This document shows positions 37,907-50,949 of a DNA stretch of 64,000 nt, piece after piece (within the stretch, counting starts at the first letter, position 1; each line of letters opens with the position of its first letter). The notes under the pieces are model-generated. The model was not told the DNA's origin. It saw nothing but the letters and a program-made list of their open reading frames with translations, and made no database searches. Position numbers and translations under genes: made by a program. The DNA is from Squalus acanthias (lineage: Eukaryota): positions 74,400,001-74,464,000 of the forward strand of contig CM059430.1 in assembly GCA_030390025.1 (NCBI GenBank), written 5' to 3'.

Positions 37907-39255
37907 ATTCTGTTCCAATCGCAATGATGCGCTTAATTGTTGCCAGAGTACACTACAGGTTCTGTTGCTACACCGAGAAAATGTCCTCTTCTGGACAGCA
38001 ACGAACGAGTTCGGACATTGTTCTTGTGTACAACACTTTCTTTATCCTATGGTTTTCGCCAATTCCACCGTCCGGCCGTTCAGGAATTGTATCTGGAACG
38101 CAGAGTATGGAAGCGCCGTCTAAAAGACGGTAATAGGAATCGTGCTCTTATAATTAGATAAAGGACATTTCAAAGTGTTTAATATTGCGAATCAGCGCAA
38201 GATTGTTCATCCTGCCACTTAGTGCTTGAAGTTAAATCTTGTTTTATTTCACAGCATTGAATTAAATTTCCTCGACAAACAGAGAATCAAATAATAACTG
38301 CTGATATATGTCAATTTTCGCGTTTTGCAGAGACGCTGGAACTGTAATCTTTCCATATTGTTGAACACATGTCGTTATAATCAAATAGAAAGCTGTACTA
38401 TTTTATACAGAATGCATTTCTGTATTGAACGCCTTTGTTAAACGCAGTTTGAAAAGCGGCAGCAACTAAACACTTCACGTTTCAAATTGCAGTCACAATT
38501 ACCATATACAACAAGTTGTACACCAGTTCTAAATTGCAACTGTTTGAAGCTTATGTTTTGCTGTTGAGTAATACGTTCCGGCGTCCGGGATAGTTACATT
38601 CAGGAGGTGAAGGTAGGCGCCGCCTCTCTTTACACTGAACAATGTTCTGCTGTCTTCTTGCAGGAAAGTTATATTACCATCTCTCCACCAGTAAACATTT
38701 ACGCTTGAATGATCGAGATCATCGGGGAAATAACGTCAGAAAGTAACGTTTGTGCCTCTGAACGCCTTCCTTTGTCTAATATCAGGAGACAGCTTGCCCG
38801 AAGTGTGCATAGCAACTACCAACAAAATATGCACATTCTGGTTCAATCATTCATATATAAGGAAGCTGATTTGCACAACCAAAATAACATCGTGCGACCA
38901 GTCCTTTGATACATTAGTAATTCAATGAACCTAAATATCAGAATTATTTTCCAGTTATTGAATGTGTTTTCTCATGGAATTATCATAAATGACATTACCT
39001 TTCTCATCCAGATATGTCCTTCTGGCAAGGAACACATTACATTAAAACAATTCAGCAAATTAAAACAGTAAATACAATACCAGTTTGCACATCAACTATA
39101 AGATCGACTTCATGTGCTGTGTCAGGAACAGTTCATATATAACAAATAATAAAAGTGTACCTGGATACAAAATTCCCAGGAAACACATTCCCCAAAGTGA
39201 CCAATTCATAACCATATCGGCAAAGAAATAAGGGTAGATCATCCGTTGTGACTTA

Positions 39256-42200
39256 ACATAGAAACATAGAAACATAGAAAATAGGTGCAGGAGTAGACCA
39301 TTCGGTCCTTCGAGCCTGCACCGCCATTCAATGCGTTCATGGATGAACATGCTACCTCAGTACCCCATTCCTGCTTTTATCGCCATACCCCTTGATCCCC
39401 CAAGTTGTGAGTATTATATCTAACTCCCTTTTGAATATATTTAGCGAACTGGCCTGAACAACCTTCTGTGGTAGAGAATTCCACAGATTCACCACTCTCT
39501 GGGTGAAGAATTTCCTCCTCATCTCAGTCTTAAATGGCTTCCCCTTTATCCTTAGACTGTGACCCCAGGTTTCAGTTTTCCCTAACATTGGAAACATTCT
39601 GCCCGCGTCGAATTTGTCTAAACCAGTCAGGATTTTAAACGTCTCTATTAGATCCCCCCTCATTCTTCTGAACTCCAGAGGATACAAGTTCAGTTGATCC
39701 AGTCTTTCTTGACATGACAGTCTGGCCATCCCAGGAATGAATCTAGTGAACCTTCGTTGCACTCCCTCAAAAGCAATAATGTCCTTCCTCAAGTTAGAAG
39801 ACCAAAACTGCACACAATACTCCAGCTGTGGCCTCACCAAGGCCCTGTACAACTGTAGCATCACCTCCCTACTCCTGTACTCAAATGCCCTTGCTATGAA
39901 GGCCATCATGCCATTTGCTTTCTTGACTGCCTGCTGCACTTGCCTTCCCACCTTCAGTGACTGATGTATCATGAAGCCCAGGTCTCGTTGCACCTCCCCT
40001 TTCCCTAATCAGCCACCATTCAGGTAATAGTCTGCCTCCCTAGTTTTACCACCAAAGTGGATAACCTCACATTTAACCACATTGTACTTCATCTGCCATA
40101 CATTTGCCCATTCACCCAATCTGTCCAAGTCACTCTGTAGCCTCCTAGCATCCTCCTCATTGTTCACACTGCCTCCCAATTTAGTGTCATCCGCAAATTT
40201 GGAGATATTACAATTAATCCCTGCGTCCAAATCATTAATATATAATGTAAACAGCTGGGGACCCAGCACCGAACCCTGCGGTTACCTGCTGGTCACTGCC
40301 TGCCATTCTGAAAAGTACCCATTTACTCCTAATCTTTGTTTCCTGTGTGCCAACCAGTTCTCAATCCACGTCAACACATTACCCCCAATCCCATGTGCTT
40401 TAACTTTGCTCACCAATCTCTTGTGTGGGACCTTGTCGAAGGCCTTCTGAAAGTCCAAATACACCACATCTACTGGTCCCCCCCCGTCCACCCTATTGGG
40501 AACATCCTCAAAAAATTCCAGAAGATTTGTCAAGCATGATTTCCCTATCACAAATCCATGCTGACTTGGACCTATCATGTCGCCACTTTCCAAATGGTCT
40601 GTTATGACATCTTTAATAATTGATTCCATCATTTTACCCACCACCGATGTCAAGCTGACAGGTATTTAATTCCCTGCTTTCTCCCTCCCTCCTTTTTTAA
40701 AAATAGGGGTTACATTAGCCACCCTCCACTCCTTCGGAACTGATCCAGAGTCTAAGGAATGTTGGAAAATGATCGTCAATGCATCCACTATTTCCAAGGC
40801 CACCTCCTTAAGTACTCTGGGATGCAGACCATCAGGCCGTGGGGATTTATCAGCCTTCAGTCCCAACAATTTCCCCAACACATTTTCCCGACAGATAAGG
40901 ATTTCCCTCAGCTCCTCCCTCTTAGCAGATCCTTTGATCTCTTTTATTTCCGGAAGGTTGTTTGTGTCCGCCACAGTTAACACCGAACCAAACTACTTGT
41001 TCAATTGATCTGCCATTTCTTTGTTCCCCATTATGACTTCCCCTGTTTCTGACTGCAGGGGATCTACGTTTGTTTTTACAAACCTCTTTCTTTTTACATA
41101 TTTATAGAAGCTTTAGCAGTCCGTTTTAATGTTCTCCGCAAGCTTCCTTTCATATTTTATTTTCCCTGCCCTAATCAAACCCTTCGTCCTCATCTGCTGA
41201 GTTTTAAAGTTCTCCCAGTAGCCGGGTTTGCTGCTACTTCTGGCCAATTTGTATGCCACTTCCTTGCTTTTAATACTATCCCTGATTTCCCTTGTTAGCC
41301 ATGGTTGAGCCAACTTCCCTTTTTTTATTTTTACGCCAGACAGGGATGTACAATTGCTGTAGTTCATCCATGCGATCTCTAAAAGTCAACCATTGCCCTT
41401 CCACTGATAACCCCTTAAATATCGCTTGCCAATCTAACCTCGCCAATTCACGCCTCATACCCTCAAAGTTGCCCTTACTTAAGTTCTGGACCATGGTCTC
41501 TGAATTAACTGTTTCCTTCTCCATCCTAATGTAGAACTCCACCATATTATGGTCACTCTTCCCCAAGGGGCCTCGCACCACAAGATTGCTGATTAGTCCT
41601 TCCTCATTACACAACACCCAGTCCAGGATGGCCTCCCCTCTAGTTGGTTCCTCAACATATTGGTTTAGGAAACCATCCCTTAAACACTCTAGGAAATCCT
41701 CCTCGACCGTATTGCTTCCAGTTTGAGTAGCCCAATCTATATGCATATTAAAGTCACCCATGATAACGGCTGCGCCTTTTTTGCATGCACCTCTGATTTC
41801 CTGTTTCATACCCTCCCCCACCTCACTACTACTGTTTGGAGGTCTGTACACAACCCACACTAACGTTTTCTGCCATTTGGTGTTCTGTAGCTCAACCCAT
41901 ATTGATTCCACATCCTCCAAGCTATTGTCCTTCCTAGCTATTGCATTAATCTCCTTTTTAATCAGCAATGCTACCCCACCCCCTTTTCCTTTTATTCTAT
42001 CCTTCCTGAATGTTGAATACCCCTGGATATTCAGTTCCCTGCCTTGATTGTTCTGGAGCCACGTCTCTGTAATCCCAATCACATCATATCCGTTAACATC
42101 AATTTGCACAGTCAATTCATCCACCTTATAACGGATACTCCTTGCATTAAGACACAGAGCCTTTAGGCTTGTTTTATTAACACCCTTTGTCCTTTTAGAC

Positions 42201-43206
42201 TTATGATTTAGTATGGCCCTTTTGTTTCTTGCCTTTGATTTCTCGGATTTCCCACTCTTGTTTCTCACCCTTCTAACATTTGTTTCTGACTGCATATTAC
42301 TTTCCCCTGTTTCGCTACATAGCTTCCCATTCCCCTGCCATATTAGTTTAAATACTGCCGAACTGCCTTAGCAAATATTACCCCGAGGACATCGGTTCCA
42401 GTCCTGCCCAAGTGCAGACCGCCCCTTTTGTACAGGTCCCACTTCCCCCAGAACTGGTTCCAAAGCCTCAGGTATTTGAATCCCTCCCTCCTGCACCACT
42501 TCTCAAGCCACGTATTTAATCTCGCTATCCTGTTCATGCTACTCTGATTAGCACGTGGCACTGGTAGCAACCCAGAGATTACTACCTTTGAGGTCCTACT
42601 TTTCAATTTAGCTCCTAGCTCCCTAAATTCTGCTTGTAGGACCTCTTCCCGCTTTTTACCTATATCGTTGGTACCTACATGCACCACGACAGCTGGCTCT
42701 TCACCCTCCCTTTCCAGAATGTTCTGCAGCCAGTCCGAGACATCCTTGACCCTTGCACCAGGGAGGCAACATACCATCCTGGAATCTTGGTTGCGGCCAC
42801 AGAAACTCCTGTCTATTCCCGTTACAATTGAGTCCCCTATCACTATAGCTCTACCACTATTTTTCCCGCCCTGCTGTGCAGCAGAGCCAGCCATGGTGCA
42901 ATGAACCTGGCTGCTGGTGCCTTCCTCTGGTAGGTCATTTCCCCCAACAGTATCCAAAACGGTATATCTGTTTTGGAGGGAGACGACCGCAGGGGACTCC
43001 TGCACTACCTTCCTGATATTGCCCTGCCACTTGGCCACCCATTTACTGTCTGACCTAGCCTTTACCCGCGGTGTGTTCAACTCACAAAATGAGTAATCCA
43101 CAAAGTTCTCGGCATCGTGGATGCACCAGAGTGAGTCCATCCGCAGCTCCAGTGCCGCCATGCGGTCCGTCAGCAGCTGCAGCTGGACGCACTTCCTGCA
43201 AACATA
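39256..43206 (-). mobile_element. Relatively young CR1 LINE, 5'-truncated within ORF1
   Basis: Long ORF1 esterase (42343-43206) and endonuclease (41276-42295) segments, RT, (catagaaa)n tail; TSD GTTGT(G/C)ACTTA at 39245-39255 and 43207-43217. Confidence 0.95.
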
Positions 43207-45134
43207 GTTGTCACTTAGAGCGGAACGGATGAAAATTTGACGAATGGTTGGCTGTGTGCGTAATATAATCTCATACTGAACTGTGATGTCAGACAACACA
43301 TTACTGCTCAATTGCGTAGTCTTTTTTTATTCATGCACGGGATGTGGGCGTCGCTGGAACGTCCAGCATGTATTGCCCATCCCTAATTACCCTTGAGAAG
43401 TTTATTGGTGAGCTGCCTTCTTGAACAGCTTCAGTTTTTCGTAGCGCACAGCTGAGTGGCTTGGTATGCTATTTCAGAGAGCAGTTAACAGTCCACTGCA
43501 TTACTGTGGAAATGCATACCCTTTAGAGGTGATCTGCCAAGGTAGTTGTGAGCAGAAACGGCAGCAGGAACTAGGAGGCTGTAGTTATAGCAAAATAGAG
43601 AGCTTAAAAAAATTGTACATGAGCTCACAAGTGCATAAATCCTCTTTTTTTCACCCGCCAGGAAGGACGAATACTGCATATCTTCGCTGTACTTGAGGCT
43701 GCAGAATCTGCTACTTGGGCCCATTGTTGACCTAAAAGTTAGTTGGCCTGAGTACCAATGTCCATTTCTGTCGGGCAGCTTCGTTTAAGAAACAATATTG
43801 GAAGTAAGGAATGTCCATAGATTGTTGGAGCGAGCCACAATTACAAGGATTGATGGCACGATAATATTGTGGTGTTGGAGGTAATTGAATGGAATAATTG
43901 TGTCGACTTTCAAATTTTTCTACAAATTGTTTTTTTGAATTTCAGAGCATTATATGGACTACGTATAGTAGCTATTTTATTATAAACTCTGTGACTACAG
44001 TTGGATTCATCTCCCGAGTGGCAGTATAAAAAGCCAGTCAGGTTCCGAATTGAATCTGGAGCTCATTGGTGACAAGCAGTGACAATGTGAGTTGCTCTCC
44101 GCCTGGAAAATCAGTCCCTTATAACGTGTGGCTGGGTGTAAAAAGTAGCAGCTCCTGGACATTAAACAAGCTATTGGAATAAAATTGCGATGTGGTTTCA
44201 TGGCAGTTCAGTCACTTTAGCCCGTCTGTCAAATACTCTGTGTAGCGCTGCTTAAGAGAAGCGTCAACCCAACGCCATAAATTGAAATTACCTCTACAGT
44301 CGTAATCCCAACATGAAAATGTGGTATCAGTTCCACAGTATTTTCCATTATATCCCAGCGTAACTTCTGGGGAGTCTCTAAGGAAAGCGCGCGAAAATTC
44401 TATCCCTTAAAATTTAGCAGTTTCCCCAGCTCAATACCAAGTTTGGATACAATTCATTGAGAATTTCTATTTAAAATCGCAGTTAAATTTACATTCCAAT
44501 TTAGGTCGTTAAACCAAGTCGGTATTTTCTTTAAATAATCTAAATTTAGTTAGAGGTAGTAAGGCACAAAATATCAATTTAGCAAATGACATAAATCAAA
44601 ACATTAAATTAAAAATACTTGCCTTATGCTTTGCGTTGATGTGCGTAGACTTAAAATAAAACTGTTTTGTTACTTATTGTAAATAACTGACCTGTATAGT
44701 TAAATGGTGTCGCAGAAAGACAGTTATTGCGCGCTTGTTTCAATTCATTCTCTTGGAATTACCGCAGAGTTTCCTGCCAACTCCCGCCACAAAATGGGAG
44801 AAGCATTCGCGGGAACCCCAGAGAAAGCCACAGCAAATATTTCAAATTCCTCAGTAAAACCTCATTAGCTACGATATGACGAGGGTCACAAACTCCGAGT
44901 TAAGTTGTATGTCAGCGATGGTTCCTGTCTCTTGTTTCACTTTATTCACTAAACCGGTGCTAATGGCTGAGCTGACCTTAGTATTGAATTAACATGCTCC
45001 GTTTGAGAGAAGAACTGATTTATTTTCTTATTGGTTGTAAAGCGCGGTAGCGATTCTGCAGTTTACCCATAATATCTGCAAAGGCTGGAACAATGAATAT
45101 TTTTAACGATGAGCTTGTCAAATAACAGCATATA

Positions 45135-48100
45135 TAGAATCATATGATCACAGAAAGTTACAGCACGGAAGGAGTCCATTTCAGCCCATCGTGTCCGCGC
45201 TGCCCAACAAAGAGCTATCCAGCCTAAACGCACTTCACAGCTCTTGGTCCGTAGCCCTGCAGGTTAGAGCACCCCAAGTGGACATCCAAGTGCTTTTTAA
45301 ATTTGGATACGGTTCCTGCCTCGACCACCCTTTCAGGCAGTGAGTTCCAGACCCCCGCAACCCTCTGGGTGAAGACATTTTCCCTCATATCCCCTTTAAA
45401 GCTTCCCCCAATTACTCTAAATCTGTGCCCCCTGGTTTTTGACCACTCTGCTAAGGAAAATAGTTCCTTTCTATCAACATTATTTAAGCCCCTCATAATT
45501 TTATACACCTCAATAAGGTCTCCCCTCAGCCTCCTCTGTACCAAGGAAAACAGACACAGCCAATCCAGTCTTTCCTCACAGCTAAGATTCTCTTCTACAG
45601 ACAACATCCTTGTAAATCTCCTCTGTACCCTCTCTAGTGCAATCACATATTTCCTGTAATGTGGTGACCAGAACTGCACGCGGTAATCTAGCTGTGGCCT
45701 AACTAGTGTTTTATACAGTTGTAGCATAATCCCCTGCTCTTGTATTCTATGCCACGTCTAATATAGGCAAGCATTCCGTATGCCTTCTTAACCTACTTAT
45801 CTACATGGCCTGCTACCTTCAGGGATCTGTGGACATGCACTCCAACGTCTCTTTGTTCCTCTACGCTACTCAGTGTCCCACCATTTAATGTGTATTCCCT
45901 TTCCTTGTTTGCCCTCTCCAAATGCATTACCTCACAATTCTCCCGATTGAATTCCATTTGCCACTGTTCTGCCCACCTGACCAATTTATTGATATCTTCC
46001 TGCAGTCTACAGCTTCCTTCTTCAGTATCAAGCACAAAGCCAATGTTAGTAGCATCTGCAAACTTCTTAATCATATCCCCTATATTCAAGTAAAGATCGT
46101 TGATATATACCACAAAAAGCAAGGAACCTAGTACTGAGCCCTGCGGAACCACACTGGAAACAGCCTTGCAGTCACAAAACACCCATCAACCATTACGCTC
46201 TGCTTCCTGTTTCCAAGCCAGTTTTGAACCTAACTTGACAATTTGCCCTGGATCCAATGGGCTTTTATCTTCGTAACCAGTCTGCCATGTGGAACCTTAT
46301 CAAAACTCCATATACACTATTTCAAACGCACTACCCTCATCTACCCTCCTTGTTAGCTTCTCAAAAAATGCAATCAAGTTTGTCAGACACGACGTTCCCT
46401 TAACAAATCCGTGCTGACTATCCTTGATTTATCCATGTCTTTCTAAATGAAGATTTATCCTGCCTTCAGAATTCTTTCCAATAATTTTCCCACCAACGAG
46501 GTTAGGCTGACTGGCCTGTAATTACTCGGTCTATCCTTTTCTCCCTTTTTAAACAAGGGTACCACATTAGCAGCCCTCCAGTCCACCGGCAACACTGATG
46601 AGCACAGCGAGGACTGAAAAATGTTGGTCAGGGCCTCTGCTATTTCCTCTTTTGCTTCGCTTAACAGCCTGGGACACATTTCATCCGGGCCAGGGGATTT
46701 ACTCATTTTTAATGCTGCTAAACGCCTTAATACTTCCTCTCTCACTATGATTATTTCATCTAGTATTTCACACTCCTCCCCCCAATAGCAATGTGTGCTT
46801 CGCCCCTCTCATTTGTGAAAACAGACGCAAAGTATTCATTGAGAACCCAACCGACCTCTCCCGCCTCCACACTCATATTGCCCTCATGATCTATAATAGG
46901 CCCTACCCTTTCTTTAGTTATCCTCATACTCTTAATATATTTATAAAACATCTGTGGGTTTTCCTTGATTTTGCTTGCCAACAATTTTTCATGCTCTCTC
47001 TTTGATTTCCTAATATCATTTTTAATTGCACCCCTGCACTTTATGTACTTCTCTAAAGATTTTTGAGTATTTAGCCCTCGGTATCTGTCATAAGCCTCCT
47101 TTTTTTCTTTATTCTACCCTGCTTGTGTCTAATCATCCAAGGGGCTCGAGATTTGTTAGTCCCACCTTTTTTCTTTAAGGGCACATGTTTGGTCTGAACC
47201 CTCCGGATCTCGTCCTTGAATGCCTCCCACTGCTCTGACACTGATTTACCTTCAAGTAACTGTTTCAAATCCACTATGTCTAAATACCCTCTGAGCTTAG
47301 CAAAATTTGCTTTTCCCCAATTTAGTATTTTTATTCCTGGTTTATCCTTTTCCTTTTCCATAACTACCATAAATCTAACAGAATTATGGTCACCAGCACC
47401 AAAATGCTCCCCCACTGATACGTCTTCTACCTGCCCAGCTTCATTCCCTAAAACTAAGTCCAGAACCGCCCCCTCCCTTGTTGGGCTTGCTACATACTGG
47501 TTAAAAACGTTCTCCTGGATGCATTTTAGGAATTCCGCACCTTCTATACCCTTCACACTAATTTTAACCCGGTTAATATTGGGGTAGTTGAAATCCCCTA
47601 CTATTACTGCCGTATAGTTTTTGCACTTCTTGTAATAGCTATAAAATAATAGTCCCAAATATCTACCTGTGCCCTCAGCTTATCTGCCTTCCTCGCTATA
47701 CACCTTGAATTGAAGTATATACCATTTAGTACTGGTAAATCTGCTTGTTGGCTACTATCTAGCCCTTGATTCCTCTGTTATTCCAATTTACTTTCTACGT
47801 TTTTGTTTACCAATTCCAGTTTTTCTTCCCTCCCGATTGACTCTATACTTATGCTCCCATCCACATGCCAAGCTAGTTTCAACACTGCCCAATAGCACGA
47901 GCAAACTCTACCGCGAGGATATTGGTCCCGTTCCCGTTGAGATGCAACCCGCCTGGCTTGAAGAGGTCCAACCTCCCAAATAAACGGTAACAATTCCTCA
48001 GGATACTAAAGCCGTCTCTCCTACACAATTTCTCCTGCCATGCATTCATCTGCTCTATTCTCCTATTTCTGAACTCACTAGCACTTGGCACTGGTAATAA

Positions 48101-49030
48101 TCCAGAGATTACTAACTTTGAGGTCCTGCTTTTTAATCTCTTTCCTAGCTCCCTAAACTCTGCCTGAAGGACCTCATCCCTCTTCCTACCTATATCGTTG
48201 GTACCGATATGGAGCAGGAGCTCTGGCTGTTCACCCTCCCCCCTCAGAATGTCCTGCAGCGGTTCAGTGACATCCTTAACCCTGCAACCAGGGAGCCAAC
48301 ATACCATCCTGGAGTCACGTCTGCGGCCACAGAAACGCCTGTCTGCTCCCTTAACTATTGAATCCCCTATCACTATTGTTCTCCCTCTCCTCTTCCTCCC
48401 CGCCTGTGCAGCTGAGCCTTCCATGGTGCATTGGAAAGGATCTGGCTGCACTCCCCAGAGTAACCATCACCCTCACCAGTACTTAGCACCGAATGTTGGT
48501 GAGCAAGTTGCGCTCAGGGGACTCCTGCACTACCTGCCTGGTCCTCCTCTTCTGTCTGACGGTCACACATTCTCTCTCTGCCAGCTCACTCTTAAGCTGC
48601 GGGGTGACCACCTCCTGAAACTTGCTCTCCACGTACCTCTCAGCTTCGCAGATGCACAGCAGTGACGGCAGCAGCAGCTCAAGCTCCGTAACCCGGTGCT
48701 CGAGCTGCTGTAGCTGGCTACACTTCCTGCACATTTGGTCGTCCAGACAACGGGAGGTGTCCAGGACTTCCCACAAGGCACAGTATGTGCATTCCACTGG
48801 TGTGAGCTGCCCTAACATACATCTAATTAACCTCTAATTTACTAAACTAGCTGGAATAAACATAAAAATTTTAAGAAACCTAAGTGAAAACACTAACCAG
48901 ATACTCACCAATCAGTTCCCTCCCCTTGTAACGACGTCACTTTTGACTTCTGACCTCACTCTTAGAAAATTCTGCCGGTGCTGAGTTCGTCCCGCCGCTG
49001 TCGCTCCTCCCAGGTCTGCACTGACGCCGG
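45135..49030 (-). mobile_element. Near full-length CR1 LINE, specific to copy B
   Basis: ORF1 zinc finger CTYCALW...CRKC plus esterase; ORF2 EN/RT remnants; flanks join at ~1350-1368 in copy A. Confidence 0.92.
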
Positions 49031-50125
49031 AAAGGTATGAAACTCCGAGTGGAAAGAAGTTGCACGTGTTGACATGAGGTCAGCTCTATACATTTTCTAT
49101 ATAATTTAATGCTCGACTGCAAAGGGCATGTTCCTCAACAAGCTGCTGTGAAGATGGTTCATGTGGTTCAAGTTATGTCCGTAGCATCACACAGCCATTG
49201 AGTGCTGTCCATTATTGCATTCTGTGTGTAAATACCAAACCCCAAGTTCAAGTTTTTTAATGGAATTATGTTATTTTGATGGCGCCTGAATGCAAGGTTA
49301 TATGTTGTATTTATATTATTATTATTAATCTATCAACGGAATATATTTCAAAAACTATTTTGGGGTAACTTCTTTACTTTTGTGGTCGTGGGGCAGAGCT
49401 TCATGCAGCGGGGAACGTACCGTAAATTCTTGTGTGCATCCAGTTCTAGGCTCCCATATCATACTGAGAACTGCATTTAGAGAAAAGGCCACACACGCAG
49501 GCAAATCCGATTCTGGGTTATATTACTGCCAGAAGTATAATAATAGAAACGAAGGGATTTTGAATTTGCACAAGGCAATATTTGAGCGTCATTTGGAGCA
49601 TTGCATGCTATTCTGTCCATCCCATTATAGCAAATATTTTGGTGCCATTAAAAGGATAAAGTGAAGATTCAATAGTGTTGTGAGTAATTAGGAACTGGCC
49701 CCAAAAGAACAATTCAGGTGAAACTTTCTTCAGTGGAGCAGAGAAGATTTACGAGGAGCTAAGGGAGTATTTGATAATTCTGAAAGCATCTGATAGAGAG
49801 AATAGTTACAGATTGTTTTCTTTTTGTGACAACGAGCAGGAACTCAGAATTGTCACTAAAATAACATGATTCGGGGATTGGTTTAGGGCGGTTTTAATAC
49901 GGAAGTATATCAGAATATAAATACGCCAACACATGTGGTTATTCTGTTGGAGATTGTAATAATTTTTAATAACGAATTGGAGAAACTTATCGGAAAATAT
50001 ATTTTTAATTCCTTCAGTTGGAAATCAATGTTAAAGAAGACTATCTTTAAGTTCTTTCCCACGCCACAGATCAACTCAGGGTGGGTACGGTCTCTCTGCT
50101 CTATTGTCTGTGTCACCCGAAGGCC

Positions 50126-50183
50126 CTATGGTCTGGCATACACTGACTCGGTGCTGAATGGGTATAATACATCGGAGCAGTAC
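50126..50183 (-). other. Candidate terminal coding exon, copy B
   Basis: Acceptor tttttgtcaccag; one frame reads YCSDVLYPFSTESVYARP*. Confidence 0.3.
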
Positions 50184-50949
50184 CTGGTGACAAAAACTCA
50201 AATCTACTAGATACAATCGGCATGAAGCCTGACCATGCAGAATACCTTGCAGACGTGTGTTAATTGTTCACCGTCAGGCTCATTAAATTAAATTTTCTTC
50301 TAAGCAATCGACCTGCTTTGTGGAAAGGAATTAAGTTTAATCCAGTGCAAACAACATAACATCAATAGCTAGGCAGTATTCCATTAGTAACAGGTCCTCG
50401 TGGATTGTCTCGTCATTGCTGCTGAAGAGGTGTTGCTTCAGCAGCTTGCCTTCTTTGTAAAATATATTGTTTCCCAGTTCACACAGAACCGTCCATGTAG
50501 CTAACATTCTGATGCACGGACGTCTTCGCCAGTGGTATTACCTACTAAGCAAAATAATTGAAAGAAAGCGGTGTAATGGCTGCTTTTCTACCTAAGACTA
50601 ATATTCACGATAAGGATACCGACATAGACACATCAACACATTTTGATTCTTTGTCAAACACACAAGTTATATCTTTCACATTGACAATGATCTAGAGTGG
50701 GGCGTGGGGTTTCTGCTCCAGAATGGATCATTATTAAAAAAAAAATGTAATCTTCGCAGATCCATCAGTAAATTCCCACGTCATGTTAATAAACTACGCT
50801 AGAGTAAATGGGACATGTCCAGAGGATCAATTTTGCACTGTATATGTGGATTCCTTCGACTCATGTGAATTTTTCCCCATATTTCAGAGAAAGATAGCAA
50901 CAATAGTTTAGTGATAATGTGAGGCTTAACTTATCCTAATATTTACTGA

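Larger units (their letters stand above)
34806..39215 (-). pseudogene. Ig-superfamily membrane receptor pseudogene (leader, VJ-type V, C1, TM, cytoplasmic; SIRP/NKp30/B7-H6-like architecture). Exons 39161-39215, 38503-38815, 36600-36905, 35679-35801, 35124-35167, 34806-34823
   Basis: Leader MVMNWSLWGMCFLGILYP. V exon ..GTNVTF*..VYWWRDG..LHLLNVTIPDAGTYYS..RTGVQLVVY has TGA at 38736-38738 in place of the first Cys, lacks the second Cys and has a +1 frameshift. C1 LQCRTAAFYPKNFNLTWHKNG...YTCQVHH has a TG acceptor. TM LIAGCSGGAVIIIPLTIMTV. Splice phases 1-1-1-1-0. Confidence 0.85.

Noticed and set aside
38503-38815. Rearranging Ig/TCR V segment
   Set aside because: No heptamer/nonamer RSS; the exon includes the G strand and ends in a splice donor.
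42343-43311. Host SGNH esterase gene
   Set aside because: It is CR1 ORF1, directly upstream of the EN-RT ORF2; its first ~35 residues are read-in from the flank.
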